A stretch of DNA of 64,000 bases from Terriglobia bacterium (lineage in GTDB: Bacteria; Acidobacteriota; Terriglobia; 20CM-2-55-15). The translations under genes and the position numbers were made by a program. The notes under the pieces are model-generated. The model did not search any database. It saw nothing but the letters and a program-made list of their open reading frames with translations, and was not told the DNA's origin. Numbering within the stretch: position 1 is the stretch's first letter; each line of letters opens with the position of its first letter. The stretch spans positions 416,001-480,000 of the forward strand of contig CBDAOY010000008.1 of assembly GCA_965198225.1 (NCBI GenBank). The letters are read 5' to 3'. This document shows positions 1-10,045 of the stretch, piece by piece.

Positions 1-811
1 CCAGAGCGGATAGCTCCTCGATGTAAGGCCGCATCTGCCGGCCACCGAGCGCGCAGTTGATGCCGATGCTGAACAACGGCGCGTGCGAAACGGAGTTCCA
101 GAAGGCCTCCACGGTCTGACCAGACAGCGTCCTGCCGCTGTTGTCGGTGATCGTGAACGACACCATGACCGGCACGCGGTAGCCTTTCTTCTCGAAGCAC
201 TTTTCTATTGCGTAAAGCGCCGCCTTGACGTTGAGCGTGTCGAAGACCGTTTCGGCCAGGAGGATGTCGACGCCCCCGTCGAGTAGTCCCCGGGTCTGCT
301 CGAAGTACGCCTCGACCAATTCGTCGAAGCTGGTCGCGCGGAAGGCGGGGTTGTTCACGTCCGGCGATAGCGATGCGGTCCGGTTTGTCGGGCCCAGCGC
401 CCCCGCGACGAATCGCGTGCCGCCACCCTGGGCCGTCATCGAATCCGCCGTCTCTCGAGCCAGTTTCGCAGCGGCCAGGTTCAGCTCGTAGACCAGGTGC
501 TCCACCTGGTAGTCGGACATCGACAAGGCGTTGGAATTGAAGGTGTTGGTCTCGATGATGTCGGACCCGGCCGCGAGGAAAGCCCGGTGGATTTCGCGGA
601 TGACGTCGGGTTGCGTGATCGACAGGAGATCGTTGTTACCTTTCAGGTCGCACGGGTGGTCCGCGAACCGGTCTCCCCGGAATCCGGCTTCATCGATGCC
701 GTATCCCTGGATCATGGTCCCCATGGGTCCGTCGAGGATGACGATCCTCTCGGCGACCAGGCGCTCCAGCTCGAGCGCCCTTTCCTGCCGCTTCTCCGTC
801 AAGGCCTCCAT
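1..811 (-). CDS. metH: B12-dependent methionine synthase, N-terminal homocysteine-binding domain (partial, runs off window start)
   Basis: Not in ORF track; manual minus-strand translation from ATG 811: [35 protein letters not shown]...[38 protein letters not shown], typical MetH N-terminus. Confidence 0.95.
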   Translation of the reverse strand, partial: MEALTEKRQERALELERLVAERIVILDGPMGTMIQGYGIDEAGFRGDRFADHPCDLKGNNDLLSITQPDVIREIHRAFLAAGSDIIETNTFNSNALSMSDYQVEHLVYELNLAAAKLARETADSMTAQGGGTRFVAGALGPTNRTASLSPDVNNPAFRATSFDELVEAYFEQTRGLLDGGVDILLAETVFDTLNVKAALYAIEKCFEKKGYRVPVMVSFTITDNSGRTLSGQTVEAFWNSVSHAPLFSIGINCALGGRQMRPYIEELSAL

Positions 812-894
812 CCCGCTATTGTAACTGAACACCTTGATCCTTCCGTAGCGGCCTTCCGAGGCGGCGGTTGGCAATACGAAACGCTCAGATTGCG

Positions 895-962
895 TGTAGG
901 TGCGCTCTATGAGCGCACATTTTTCGGGCCTCGACGACGTGCGGTCATAGACCGCACCTACA
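895..962. repeat. REP doublet (REPIN/BIME-like), copy 1
   Basis: TGTAGGTGCGCTCTATGAGCGCAC-spacer-GTGCGGTCATAGACCGCACCTACA: two inverted GTAG-headed palindromes; recurs at 17886, 51341, 62382. Confidence 0.9.
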
Positions 963-1012
963 CCAGGACAACTCTCTGTAGTACATTCAGACAGCGAGAC
1001 AGAGGAGGCTCA

Positions 1013-1969
1013 ATGGCAGGGGTAGAGCACAAGCAGACGCCCGGCGCCATCCTGATGGTGCGGCCGGCCGGCTTCGGATTCAACGAGGAAACCGCGGAGA
1101 CGAACGTCTTTCAGACGAGGGATGAGAGCGCCACCGATGACGAGCTCCAGGAGCTTGCCGTCGCCGAATTCGATGCTCTGGTCGAGGAGCTTCGAGCCGC
1201 CAACGTGGACGTCATCGTTTTCGAAGACACACCGGAGCCGCGGACCCCGGACGCCATCTTTCCAAACAACTGGATCTCCCTCCACCAGGAGGGCACCGTG
1301 GTGGTCTATCCGATGTACGCCCCCGTCCGCAGGCTCGAGCGTCGCACCGACATCGTCGATACCTTGCAGACGACCTACGGGTTTGAGGTGTCCCGGGTCG
1401 TCGACCTGACCCACCATGAGAATCAGGGAAAGTTTCTGGAGGGTACCGGCAGCCTCGTCTTCGATCATCCGGGGCGTTGCGCTTACGCAAACCTCTCACC
1501 CCGCACCGATGCCGACGTGCTCCGCCAATTGACGGATCTACTCGGCTACGATCTGGTCACCTTTCGCGCCACGGACGGCGCCGGCACCGACGTCTACCAC
1601 ACGAACGTGGTGATGAGCATCGGGGAGCGGTTTGTCATCATCTGCGCCGCCGCTATCGACGATGACTCCGAACGCGAAGCAGTACTCGGCCGGCTCAGGC
1701 GCAGTGGCCGCGATCTCGTGCTGATCGATCGCGACCAGATGGGCCACTTTGCGGGCAACGTCCTCGAGGTCGAGAATCGCGACGGCGAAAAAGTGCTCGT
1801 GATGTCGGGCCAGGCGATGGAGTCCTTCCGCCCGGAGCAGCTGGAAAACCTGCGGAAGCATACGCGCATCGTCGCCTCCCCGATCCCCACCATCGAGCGG
1901 ATCGAAGGCGGTAGCGCCCGCTGCATGATTGCGGGTGTCCATTTACAGCGCCACGAGGTTCTCGACTGA
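1013..1969 (+). CDS. Amidinotransferase/arginine deiminase-related pentein-fold protein (CtlX-like)
   Basis: GGAGG RBS then MAGVEHKQTPGAILMVRPAGFGFNEETA; motifs TPDAIFPNNW, LEGTGS, YHTNV, GGSARCMIA. Confidence 0.85.
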   Translation: MAGVEHKQTPGAILMVRPAGFGFNEETAETNVFQTRDESATDDELQELAVAEFDALVEELRAANVDVIVFEDTPEPRTPDAIFPNNWISLHQEGTVVVYPMYAPVRRLERRTDIVDTLQTTYGFEVSRVVDLTHHENQGKFLEGTGSLVFDHPGRCAYANLSPRTDADVLRQLTDLLGYDLVTFRATDGAGTDVYHTNVVMSIGERFVIICAAAIDDDSEREAVLGRLRRSGRDLVLIDRDQMGHFAGNVLEVENRDGEKVLVMSGQAMESFRPEQLENLRKHTRIVASPIPTIERIEGGSARCMIAGVHLQRHEVLD

Positions 1970-2010
1970 CTGCTGCGAGAGCGCCGCTGCGTGTCGCAGT
2001 CCGGGTGCCC

Positions 2011-2700
2011 TCAGAACGCTTCGTATGCCTTCTGTGCCTCCTCGTACCGACGGTTGCATTCATCCCAATTCACGTTCCCCATGAACGCACCGACGTAAGC
2101 CGCCGCGCGTGACCCGTAGTCCATGTGGTAGGAGTGCTCGAACATGTCGTTTACCAGCACAGGCCGCCCGAAAGCCACGTTGTCGGTGTGATCGAAAGCG
2201 ATGTAGTTGTGCAACCGACCGTCGTTGAAGTTGAAGCTGAGGATCGCCCAGCCGCTTCCCCCGCCCAGCGACGCCGAAGTTGATCGGAACTCCTGGTCCC
2301 AGGCATCGAAGCTGGCGAAATCGCGCGCAATGGCTTGCTCGAGTTCTCCTGACGCCGCACCATCCCCGCCGAGCGTCGCGAAGTACTCTTCGTGGAGAAT
2401 CACGGCGTTGGTCGCCGTCAGCTCCTCCATCATCAGGCCCTTCCGCAGGAAGCCCGGCGCGTCGGTCCGCAGGCTCGCGATCTCGGACTGAATTGCCGCC
2501 ACACGGCGGAAGGCACCGCCGTAGTTGTTCTGGTGGTGGGACGTGATGACCCTCTCGGAGATGCCGTCCAGACTGTTTGCAGCGAACGGCAGCGGCTTCA
2601 TCTGCCGCGTGGCAGCCTCCTGGGCCTTGATTTCTTCGATGTTGCCACCGACTGCCGCGGTCGCAAGCAAGGTGGTCAAGAGTTCACGACGGTTCATCAT
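2011..2700 (-). CDS. Fe/Mn superoxide dismutase family protein, ChrC-like, with Tat-type leader
   Basis: AAGGAGG RBS; MMNRRELLTTLLATAA leader; HHQNNY, ILHEEYF, GGSGWAIL, DMFEHSYHMDYG metal-ligand motifs. Confidence 0.85.
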   Translation of the reverse strand: MMNRRELLTTLLATAAVGGNIEEIKAQEAATRQMKPLPFAANSLDGISERVITSHHQNNYGGAFRRVAAIQSEIASLRTDAPGFLRKGLMMEELTATNAVILHEEYFATLGGDGAASGELEQAIARDFASFDAWDQEFRSTSASLGGGSGWAILSFNFNDGRLHNYIAFDHTDNVAFGRPVLVNDMFEHSYHMDYGSRAAAYVGAFMGNVNWDECNRRYEEAQKAYEAF

Positions 2701-2929
2701 GCACCTCCTTTCTGTTGCCATCGGAGTCGATGGTTTCGCACGAAGCTTACACCCAGGAGCACCCGATCTGCAGTGATGTCTGTCCGGCAGATGTTGCAGA
2801 CCCGATTGGTCCAGTCCGGGAGGCGTGGAACCCGATAAACCGCAAGCTGCTCGATGCGGAAGGATGGTGGCCTGGGACGTGTTACCATCGCCGAACCGGA
2901 AGGCCCGAAAGTTCACGCAGGAGGTGCTC

Positions 2930-3550
2930 GTGACGATACGTCCTCGCTGGATCTTGTTCGGAATGATGACGCTCGCCCTCGCGGGCTCGGCTCAGTCGAG
3001 ATTACCGGATGGGCTCTGGTCGAAACTGACGGCCCCGGACCACCCCGCACTCGGGCCTGCGGACGCACCGGTCACGATCGTCGAGTTTGCAGATTTCGAA
3101 TGCCCGCATTGCGCCGTCATGTTTGCGACGCTTCAAAGCGTTCGGAAGAATTATGGCGAGATGGTGCGAATCGTGTTCCGGCAATTCCCGCTCGCGCACA
3201 TCCACCCCAACGCCCGGAAAGCTGCCGAAGCCTCCCTGTGCGCCCACGAGCAGGAACGCTTTGGGGCGTATCACGACTCTCTATTCTCAAACCAGCAGGA
3301 GCTGAGCGTCGACGCGCTGAAGCGGCGAGCAGCGCAACTGGGACTCGATGTGCCGACGTTCGATCAGTGCCTGGATTCCGGGAAACACGCCGCTACGATC
3401 GAGAGCGACATGGATGACGGCGACGAGGCGGGTGTCTTCAGCACCCCCACAATGTTCATCAACGGGCGCCGGTTCGAGGGAAATCACCCTTACGCGACCA
3501 TCGCCCGAGTCATCGATGCCGAGCTGCAGATCCGGAGGCTTGTTCGGTGA
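2930..3550 (+). CDS. DsbA-family thioredoxin-like disulfide oxidoreductase
   Basis: GGAGG RBS, GTG start, signal peptide; GPADAPVTIVEFADFECPHC; STPTMFING cis-Pro loop. Confidence 0.9.
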   Translation: MTIRPRWILFGMMTLALAGSAQSRLPDGLWSKLTAPDHPALGPADAPVTIVEFADFECPHCAVMFATLQSVRKNYGEMVRIVFRQFPLAHIHPNARKAAEASLCAHEQERFGAYHDSLFSNQQELSVDALKRRAAQLGLDVPTFDQCLDSGKHAATIESDMDDGDEAGVFSTPTMFINGRRFEGNHPYATIARVIDAELQIRRLVR

Positions 3551-3633
3551 GAACGCATCTTTCCCGGAGAAAACTCGCCATCACAGTCGGCACGAAAGTG
3601 GGAGGCTTCGCTAAGTAGTTTGTTTTCAGTCAA

Positions 3634-3719
3634 GCCCGGGTGGCGGAACTGGCAGACGCACCGGACTTAAAATCCGGAGTCCCTTGCGGGACGTGTGGGT
3701 TCAAGTCCCACCCCGGGCA
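3634..3719 (+). tRNA. tRNA-Leu (anticodon TAA), CCA not encoded
   Basis: Acceptor stem GCCCGGG/CCCGGGC, D arm GGCGGAACTGGCAGACGC, anticodon arm CCGGA-CTTAAAA-TCCGG, long variable arm, T arm GTGGGTTCAAGTCCCAC. Confidence 0.97.
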
Positions 3720-3884
3720 TCGATTCATTTCAGCCGTTCCAGCAACATCGGCCCGGATTCTGTGTCCTCGGGAGCCGGACACCGTTCTTGGGGGCGTCGG
3801 GAAGGGTGTTTTTCGGTAAGATGGCTGGACCGAATTCGGCTAGCTCCGGGCGGAAAATTCATCTATAAATAGATGCCGAAGGAA

Positions 3885-3913
3885 TTGACGTCTGCCGGGG
3901 ACGCTACTATAGT
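3885..3913 (+). promoter_or_regulatory. sigma70-type promoter of cassette 1
   Basis: TTGACG-N17-TATAGT; same hexamers and spacing upstream of cassette 2. Confidence 0.75.
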
Positions 3914-4073
3914 GTCAAAAGCTGTCTAGTTCAGTAACTTCTGGATGGTCCCGACTATCCGCGAAGAGGGGTGTTCCGTGGATGTTTGCGGCCCGCTCTT
4001 GCGCCATGGCAGACGCCCGAAGTTGCGTGCGGTCGAGTTGAATCTCCGTGACTCGATGAGTGGAGGCTGGTTC

Positions 4074-6503
4074 ATGAAGATCACGTCAATATGCGGTCGT
4101 CTCGTCCTGTCGGCGATCGTCATCGTCGGACTCTGCGGAGGCGATCTGGCGGTTATTGCCTACGGCCAGGGCAACGTCGACCCGTCGGCGCTGGAATCAC
4201 AGCAGGCGATGGTGGGTGAGTACTGCGCCACCTGCCACAACGACGCGATGCTGGAAGGCGGTTTTTCGTTCTCGGAGCTGGACATCGCCCATCCCGAGCA
4301 GAACGCCTCCCAGGCGGAAAGACTCATCCGCAAAGTGCGTTCGGGGATGATGCCTCCGGTCGGTTTGCCGCGCCCCGATGCCGCCACTCTGAAAGCGTTT
4401 GCGTCGGCGATCGAGGGAAGAATCGACGCGGCTGCCGCGGCCGAACCCCATGTGAGCGCGCCGGAGTTGCACCGCGTGAATCGCACGGAGTACCGGAACT
4501 CGGTGCGCGAGTTGCTGGACCTGGAGGTGGACGTTGCCGAGCTTCTGCCACCGGACCCGACGACGAACGGGTTCGACAACATGTCGGAGGCGCTGACGAT
4601 CTCGCCTGCATTGATGGGCGCTTATGTCCGCGCGGCGGAGAGGATCAGCCGGGGTGCGATCGGTGATCCGGAAGCGACTCCAGGCATGACGTTGTACCAG
4701 GTCTCCCGACTCGCCAACCAGATGCGTCACGTTCCCGGAACCCCGTTCGGGACTCGCGGCGGCATTTCGGTCATGCATACGTTCCCCGCCGACGGCGAAT
4801 ACTCTTTCCTGATGACTTTTTACTATTACTACCCCGGCGAACTCGTCGGTATAGCGCTGCCGGCGGAACTGCAAGGACAGCAGATCGAAGTCTCGGTCGA
4901 CGGGGAACGCGTCGCAGTCCTCGAGCTCGACCCGGACATCAAGGAAGAAGAGGCCAACTACATCACCCCAGCGGTCAAGATCGCGGCCGGCCAGCGCAAC
5001 CTGTCCGTCGCGTTTGTCTCGAAGTTCGACGGTCCCTATCAGGATCACTACAGGCTCATCGAGCAGACCCTTGCCGACACGACGGTTTCGGTGACGCCGC
5101 AGCTGACCGGACTTCCCCACCTGCAGGCGTTTGCCGTGACCGGTCCCTACAATGCGAGCGGTGTGTCGGAAAGCGCGAGCCGCCGCAAGATATTTACGTG
5201 TCGTCCTCAAGCGGCGGACGAAGAGCAGGCGTGCGCAACCGAGATCATCTCGGAGCTGGCCGGCAAGGCTTTCCGAAGACCGGTGACGCCGGAGGATCTG
5301 GAGAGTCTGCTGGAGTACTACGAGCATGGTGCAAGCGAGGGCGGCTTCGAATCCGGTGTCCAGGCGGCGATACAGGCCATCCTGGCGAAACCCGAATTCA
5401 TCTTCCGCTTCGAACAGGAGCCGGCCAACGCGTCGCTCGGGAGTGCCTACAGGATCACCGACCTGGAGCTGGCGTCGCGACTGGCCTATTTCCTCTGGAG
5501 CAACATCCCTGATGCCGAGTTGATGCGCATCGCCTCCGAAGGGCGGCTTCGGGATCCGGGGGTCCTCGAGAACCAGGTAAAACGCATGCTGGCGGACCCG
5601 CGATCCGACCAACTGTCGAGCAACTTTGCCGGCCAGTGGCTCCGGCTGTCCGGGATCGAGCGGATATTCCCGGAGGCCCTGCTTTTCCCGAACTTCACGG
5701 CGAACCTCGCCAGGTCCATGCGACGCGAAGTGGAACTCCTCTTCGATCACGTCATGCGGGAGGATCGGGACGTTCTGGAATTGCTGACCGCCGAGTATAC
5801 GTTTGTCGACGACAACCTCGCCCGGCACTACGGAATCCAGAACGTGGTGGGCCCCCGTTTCAGGCAGGTGGCGTTGACCGATCCGAACCGGTTCGGGCTC
5901 CTGGGTAAAGCCGGTATCCTGACGATGACGTCGCTGGCCAACAGGACGTCTCCGGTCTCACGGGGCAAGTACGTCATCGAAGTTCTGGTCGGAACCCCCG
6001 CGCCGATTCCTCCGCCGGTCGTGCCTCCGCTGGCTGAAGCTGTCGACAACCAGAGAGTGCTCTCGGTCCGAGAACGTATGGAGCAGCACCGGGAGAACCC
6101 CGTGTGCAATGCCTGTCACCAGGTCATCGACCCGATCGGGATGGCGATGGAAAACTTCGATGCGGTCGGCGCCTGGCGCCGCACCGATGGTGGATTCGCC
6201 ATCGATCCGACCGGCGAAATGTACGACGGGACGCCGCTGGACGGACCGGTCACTCTCCGCCAGGCGGTGATGGCCCGCTCCGAGGCTTTTGTCGGAAGCT
6301 TCACCGAGAACCTTCTTTCCTACAGTCTCGGACGCGTGACCGATTACCGGGACATGCCAACGGTGCGCTCGATCCAGAACGAGGCCGCCGGCAACGACAA
6401 CCGTTTTTCTTCTTTCATCATGGGTATCGTCAACAGTCCGCCCTTCCAGATGCGCGCGGTGATCAGCGCCACCGAGGAGGAAGCCGCGGATCGTCATCAG
6501 TAA
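4074..6503 (+). CDS. Exported di-heme c-type cytochrome, DUF1592/DUF1588/DUF1587/DUF1595/DUF1585 family (copy 1)
   Basis: GGAGG RBS, signal peptide, CATCH followed by KVRSGMMPP, HRVNRTEYRNSVRELL, ELASRLAYFLW, NFAGQWLRL, RTSPVSRGK, CNACH...DPIG..MENFDAVG. Confidence 0.88.
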   Translation: MKITSICGRLVLSAIVIVGLCGGDLAVIAYGQGNVDPSALESQQAMVGEYCATCHNDAMLEGGFSFSELDIAHPEQNASQAERLIRKVRSGMMPPVGLPRPDAATLKAFASAIEGRIDAAAAAEPHVSAPELHRVNRTEYRNSVRELLDLEVDVAELLPPDPTTNGFDNMSEALTISPALMGAYVRAAERISRGAIGDPEATPGMTLYQVSRLANQMRHVPGTPFGTRGGISVMHTFPADGEYSFLMTFYYYYPGELVGIALPAELQGQQIEVSVDGERVAVLELDPDIKEEEANYITPAVKIAAGQRNLSVAFVSKFDGPYQDHYRLIEQTLADTTVSVTPQLTGLPHLQAFAVTGPYNASGVSESASRRKIFTCRPQAADEEQACATEIISELAGKAFRRPVTPEDLESLLEYYEHGASEGGFESGVQAAIQAILAKPEFIFRFEQEPANASLGSAYRITDLELASRLAYFLWSNIPDAELMRIASEGRLRDPGVLENQVKRMLADPRSDQLSSNFAGQWLRLSGIERIFPEALLFPNFTANLARSMRREVELLFDHVMREDRDVLELLTAEYTFVDDNLARHYGIQNVVGPRFRQVALTDPNRFGLLGKAGILTMTSLANRTSPVSRGKYVIEVLVGTPAPIPPPVVPPLAEAVDNQRVLSVRERMEQHRENPVCNACHQVIDPIGMAMENFDAVGAWRRTDGGFAIDPTGEMYDGTPLDGPVTLRQAVMARSEAFVGSFTENLLSYSLGRVTDYRDMPTVRSIQNEAAGNDNRFSSFIMGIVNSPPFQMRAVISATEEEAADRHQ

Positions 6504-6539
6504 CTTTATCGTCATAGACGTTTGAACAAGGAGAGCTCA

Positions 6540-7910
6540 ATGTTCATCACGAAGAAACATGTATCCCGGCGCACGGTTCTTCGCGGCATGGGATCGCTGG
6601 TCACGCTGCCGTTCCTGGAAGCCATGCTGCCGGCCCAGACGCCTTCGCGCCAGACCGAAGCGGAACGAAAGCCGCGCTTCGCCTGTATCGAAGTCGTCCA
6701 CGGGTGTGCGGGCAGCACGGTGTACGGGAGAGAACAGAACATCTGGATGCCCGCGAAACAAGGACGGGATTTCGAGTTCGGAGAGATCATCGAGCCGCTC
6801 GAACCGTTCCGGGAGGCCATAACGCTCGTCACCGGGACCGACTGCGGTGCGGCCAATCCGATCTCGGCCGAAGAGGTCGGCGCTGACCACTTCCGCAACG
6901 CCTGCGTGTTCCTGACTGCTTCCCACCCGAAGCAGACTCTCGGCTCGGACATCTACTGTGGAACGTCGATCGATCAGATGTACGCGCAGAAGTTCGGCCA
7001 GGACACGCCGGTGCCGTCGATCCAGCTCTGCACGGAGCCGCTCGATCCGACCGGGCCCGGAGCCTACAAGTACAGCACCGTGTACATGGACACGATCAGC
7101 TGGGCGTCGCCCACGACGCCGCTTCCGTCGAACTTCAACCCTCGAGTGCCCTTCGAGGAAATGTTCGGAACGGGAGGCACACCCGAGGATCGAGTCGCGC
7201 GCCAGAGGCTGAATCGAAGCATCCTCGACGGCATCACTCATGACGTGGCCCGGCTCAGTCAGACACTGGGGGCCAGGGATCGTAACCGCCTCAACGATTA
7301 TCTCGAGAACGTTCGCGAGATCGAACGTCGCATCGAGTCGATCGAGGCGTACAACTCCAGCGGCGCCGAGAGAGAAGTACCCGAAGCGCCCGTCGGCACT
7401 CCCGATTCCTGGAACGACCGCGTGAAGCTCAACGCGGATCTCATGGTGGCCGGGTTTGCAGGGGAGGCCACTCGAGTCGCCGCGTTGAAACTGGGCCGGG
7501 ACGTTTCGGCCCGCGTCTTCCCGGAGAGCGGAACCGACAGTGCGTTCCATCCGGCGTCACACCATGGAGAGACGCCGAAGGGTATCCACGATTTCGCCAA
7601 GATCAACCGGTATCACGTGAGCCTGCTGGCATACTTCCTGGAGAAACTCCAGAACACGCCGGACGGCGATGGAAACCTCCTGGACCACTCGCTGGTCCTC
7701 TACGGCAGCGGCATGGCCGACTCGCACGTTCACGGTCATCTCGACGTGCCGATGGTGCTCGCAGGACATGCGAACGGCGCCCTCAAGGGCAATCTGCACA
7801 TCCGGGAGAAGGACGGTACGCCGCAGGCGAACATCCTGTTGACTGTTATGAACAAGCTCGGTGTGGAACGGGAGCTCGTCGGCGACAGTACGGGAACGGT
7901 TGACATCTAA
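6540..7910 (+). CDS. DUF1552 (HxxSHH) domain protein with Tat-like leader (copy 1)
   Basis: MFITKKHVSRRTVLRGMG..TLPFLEAM; TSIDQ; FHPASHH; TPDGDGNLLDHSLVLYGSGM; GDSTG C-terminus. Confidence 0.88.
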   Translation: MFITKKHVSRRTVLRGMGSLVTLPFLEAMLPAQTPSRQTEAERKPRFACIEVVHGCAGSTVYGREQNIWMPAKQGRDFEFGEIIEPLEPFREAITLVTGTDCGAANPISAEEVGADHFRNACVFLTASHPKQTLGSDIYCGTSIDQMYAQKFGQDTPVPSIQLCTEPLDPTGPGAYKYSTVYMDTISWASPTTPLPSNFNPRVPFEEMFGTGGTPEDRVARQRLNRSILDGITHDVARLSQTLGARDRNRLNDYLENVREIERRIESIEAYNSSGAEREVPEAPVGTPDSWNDRVKLNADLMVAGFAGEATRVAALKLGRDVSARVFPESGTDSAFHPASHHGETPKGIHDFAKINRYHVSLLAYFLEKLQNTPDGDGNLLDHSLVLYGSGMADSHVHGHLDVPMVLAGHANGALKGNLHIREKDGTPQANILLTVMNKLGVERELVGDSTGTVDI

Positions 7911-8042
7911 CTGGTCGACCGATTTGGTACGGCTGGGGGTGACGTTCGGGACCCACGACGACGTCACCCGGGTTCTTCGACGACTGGATTCGGGCCGGGC
8001 AACACCAGCGTAGCTCTCGTAGTTCGAGAAAGGATCACAGAA

Positions 8043-9641
8043 ATGGTAGGTCGATTGAGTCAGATCGTAGTTGGCATGCTCGCGGTAGCGATGCTGGCAT
8101 CAGCCGCCCCGGTAGACGCTGAGCTTTCCATCGCGGCCATGAAGGGCGATATGGCGACGGTTCAGGCCCTGCTGGAACAGAGTGTCGACGTGAACGCCCC
8201 ACAGGGAGACGGCACGACGGCGTTGCATTGGGCGGCGTACCGGGATGACGTGGACATGGCCCGATTGCTGATCGAAGCAGGCGCGGACGTCGCGGCCAAG
8301 ACTCGCTTGGGAGAAATGACCCCCCTTTTCATGGCTGCGAAGAGCGGTAACGCAGGGATCGTCGAATTGCTGATCGAAGCAGGCGCCGACGCAAATTCGG
8401 TCAACACCGAAACCGGCACTACCTCGCTGATGCTGGCCGCAGCCTCCGGGAGTGTCGGCGCGGTGAAGACGCTGCTCGATGCCGGTGCCGAAGTCGATGC
8501 AAAAGACGTTAATCAGGGACAGACGGCACTCATGTTCGCAGCAGCCCCCGGCCGAGTGGACGTTATCAAACTGCTCGCCGAGCGCGGCGCCGACATCGAC
8601 GCCACTTCGCTGGTTCCGACCCCTCGCAAGACGGAAGGTGCCGGCGGCCCGAGATGGCGCAGAGGCAACCTGGCGCTGGGCGGCATGACCGCGTTGGGGT
8701 TTGCGGCGCGCGACGGTCGGACGGCGGCCCTGGAAGCGCTGCTGGACGCCGGAGCCGATATCGACAAGCTGACCGCGTCGAACGACATGAGCGCGCTGAC
8801 GATTGCGATCCTGAACGCTCACTTCGACTCCGCGATGTTCCTGCTCGAGAGAGGCGCCGACCCGAAGCCCGCCGACAGCGGGGAGGGAGTCACCGCGCTC
8901 TACGCGGTGATCGACGCGCAGTGGGCCAATCGTGTCTGGTACCCGCCGCCGACACCGGAAGAGGAGTGGACCCCCTATCTCGATCTGATCAAAGTTATCC
9001 TCGAACGGGGAGTCGACCTCGACATTCGGCTGAAGGCGAAGATGTGGCAGAGGCAGATGCACGGGGACTGGGTCAACCCGGCCGGTGCCACGGCGTTCTG
9101 GCGCGCCGCGCAGGCCAATGACGTCGACGCCATGCGGCTCCTCATAGCCGCCGGTGCGAACCCGAGTATCCGTTCGAGGGACGGAGTCTCGGCGCTCCAG
9201 GTGGCCACGGGTTGGGGTTACGAACCGCAGACCAGCACCTTCATCCCGGACGCGCGGCTCGCGGCCGTCCGGTATCTTGTGGAAGAGGCCGGCCTCGACG
9301 TGAACGCCAGGGACAACAAGGGCTACACTCCGCTGCATGGCGCGGGGCTGACCTCGGAGTACGGCACGGACGTCATCGGCTATCTGGTCACGATGGGTGC
9401 GGATGTGAATGCGCAGGCAGACGCGATCTTCGGGGGTCTGATCGACCCGGACCAGGACGTTGAACCAGGCACGGGAGACACGGTAGCGGACATGGCGAAT
9501 GGGCCGAAAGCGCATAACCTCGTGCACCCCGAAGCCGTCCTGTTTCTTGAAGAGATCGGCTCGCCGAACTCGTACAACTGCCGGGCCTCGACGTGTGTGA
9601 ACGCGGCCAAGAAGGATAGTGCGGGTGGCGGCGGTCGATAG
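8043..9641 (+). CDS. Exported ankyrin-repeat protein (copy 1)
   Basis: Signal peptide; multiple GxTALHxAA / LLxAGADVN ankyrin repeats; C-terminal MANGPKAHN and CRASTC. Confidence 0.92.
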   Translation: MVGRLSQIVVGMLAVAMLASAAPVDAELSIAAMKGDMATVQALLEQSVDVNAPQGDGTTALHWAAYRDDVDMARLLIEAGADVAAKTRLGEMTPLFMAAKSGNAGIVELLIEAGADANSVNTETGTTSLMLAAASGSVGAVKTLLDAGAEVDAKDVNQGQTALMFAAAPGRVDVIKLLAERGADIDATSLVPTPRKTEGAGGPRWRRGNLALGGMTALGFAARDGRTAALEALLDAGADIDKLTASNDMSALTIAILNAHFDSAMFLLERGADPKPADSGEGVTALYAVIDAQWANRVWYPPPTPEEEWTPYLDLIKVILERGVDLDIRLKAKMWQRQMHGDWVNPAGATAFWRAAQANDVDAMRLLIAAGANPSIRSRDGVSALQVATGWGYEPQTSTFIPDARLAAVRYLVEEAGLDVNARDNKGYTPLHGAGLTSEYGTDVIGYLVTMGADVNAQADAIFGGLIDPDQDVEPGTGDTVADMANGPKAHNLVHPEAVLFLEEIGSPNSYNCRASTCVNAAKKDSAGGGGR

Positions 9642-9664
9642 CGGTTAATCTTTCCCGACTGTAC

Positions 9665-9700
9665 AAAGCCCCCTCCTCGGAGGGGGCTTTTATTTTTTTT
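9665..9700 (+). terminator. Rho-independent terminator
   Basis: AAAGCCCCCT/AGGGGGCTTT stem around a short loop, followed by a long T run. Confidence 0.9.
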
Positions 9701-9754
9701 GGAATTCCGGTTTTTGGAATTCCGGGTCTTGAATAATTTACGCGCCCCAAGACT

Positions 9755-9896
9755 ATTGCAGATTGGGTCATTGGACGAATCCGCATTGGAAGATGGAGAT
9801 TGCAAATTGCTCGATTTCTAATTGGTCGGAAATCTGAAATGAAACAATCTCCAATGAGCAATGTGGATTCTCACAAATATTGCAATTTGCAATGGG
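9755..9896. repeat. AT-rich imperfect 7-bp periodic inverted repeat tract (ATTGnnn / nnnCAAT)
   Basis: AATCCGCATTG..GGAGATTG versus CAATCTCC..CAATGTGGATT. Confidence 0.6.
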
Positions 9897-10045
9897 ACAG
9901 AAACACCGGGAAGTGTTCGCGGCACCGTCTCTGCCGGCACCCACGCCACCTGAGCATCCCAAGTATTGCTGTACGTTCCCGGTTTGACATAGACTTAGTT
10001 CGCTCTGACATGAGCAAGGCATCATTCGCGGAGGTAAGACGTAAC

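Noticed and set aside
497-1012. N-terminal 172 aa of ORF 497..1969
   Set aside because: Overlaps metH antisense and a REP element; real start is ATG 1013 with GGAGG RBS
4197-9527. Long antisense ORFs (4197..5828, 6537..7550, 8100..9527; likewise 20717..22168, 24421..25707, 48948..50066)
   Set aside because: Shadow ORFs opposite well-supported genes, expected at high GC; no recognisable motifs
9800-10045. N-terminal extension of ORF 9800..11026
   Set aside because: Runs through a repeat tract; RBS and signal peptide indicate ATG 10046
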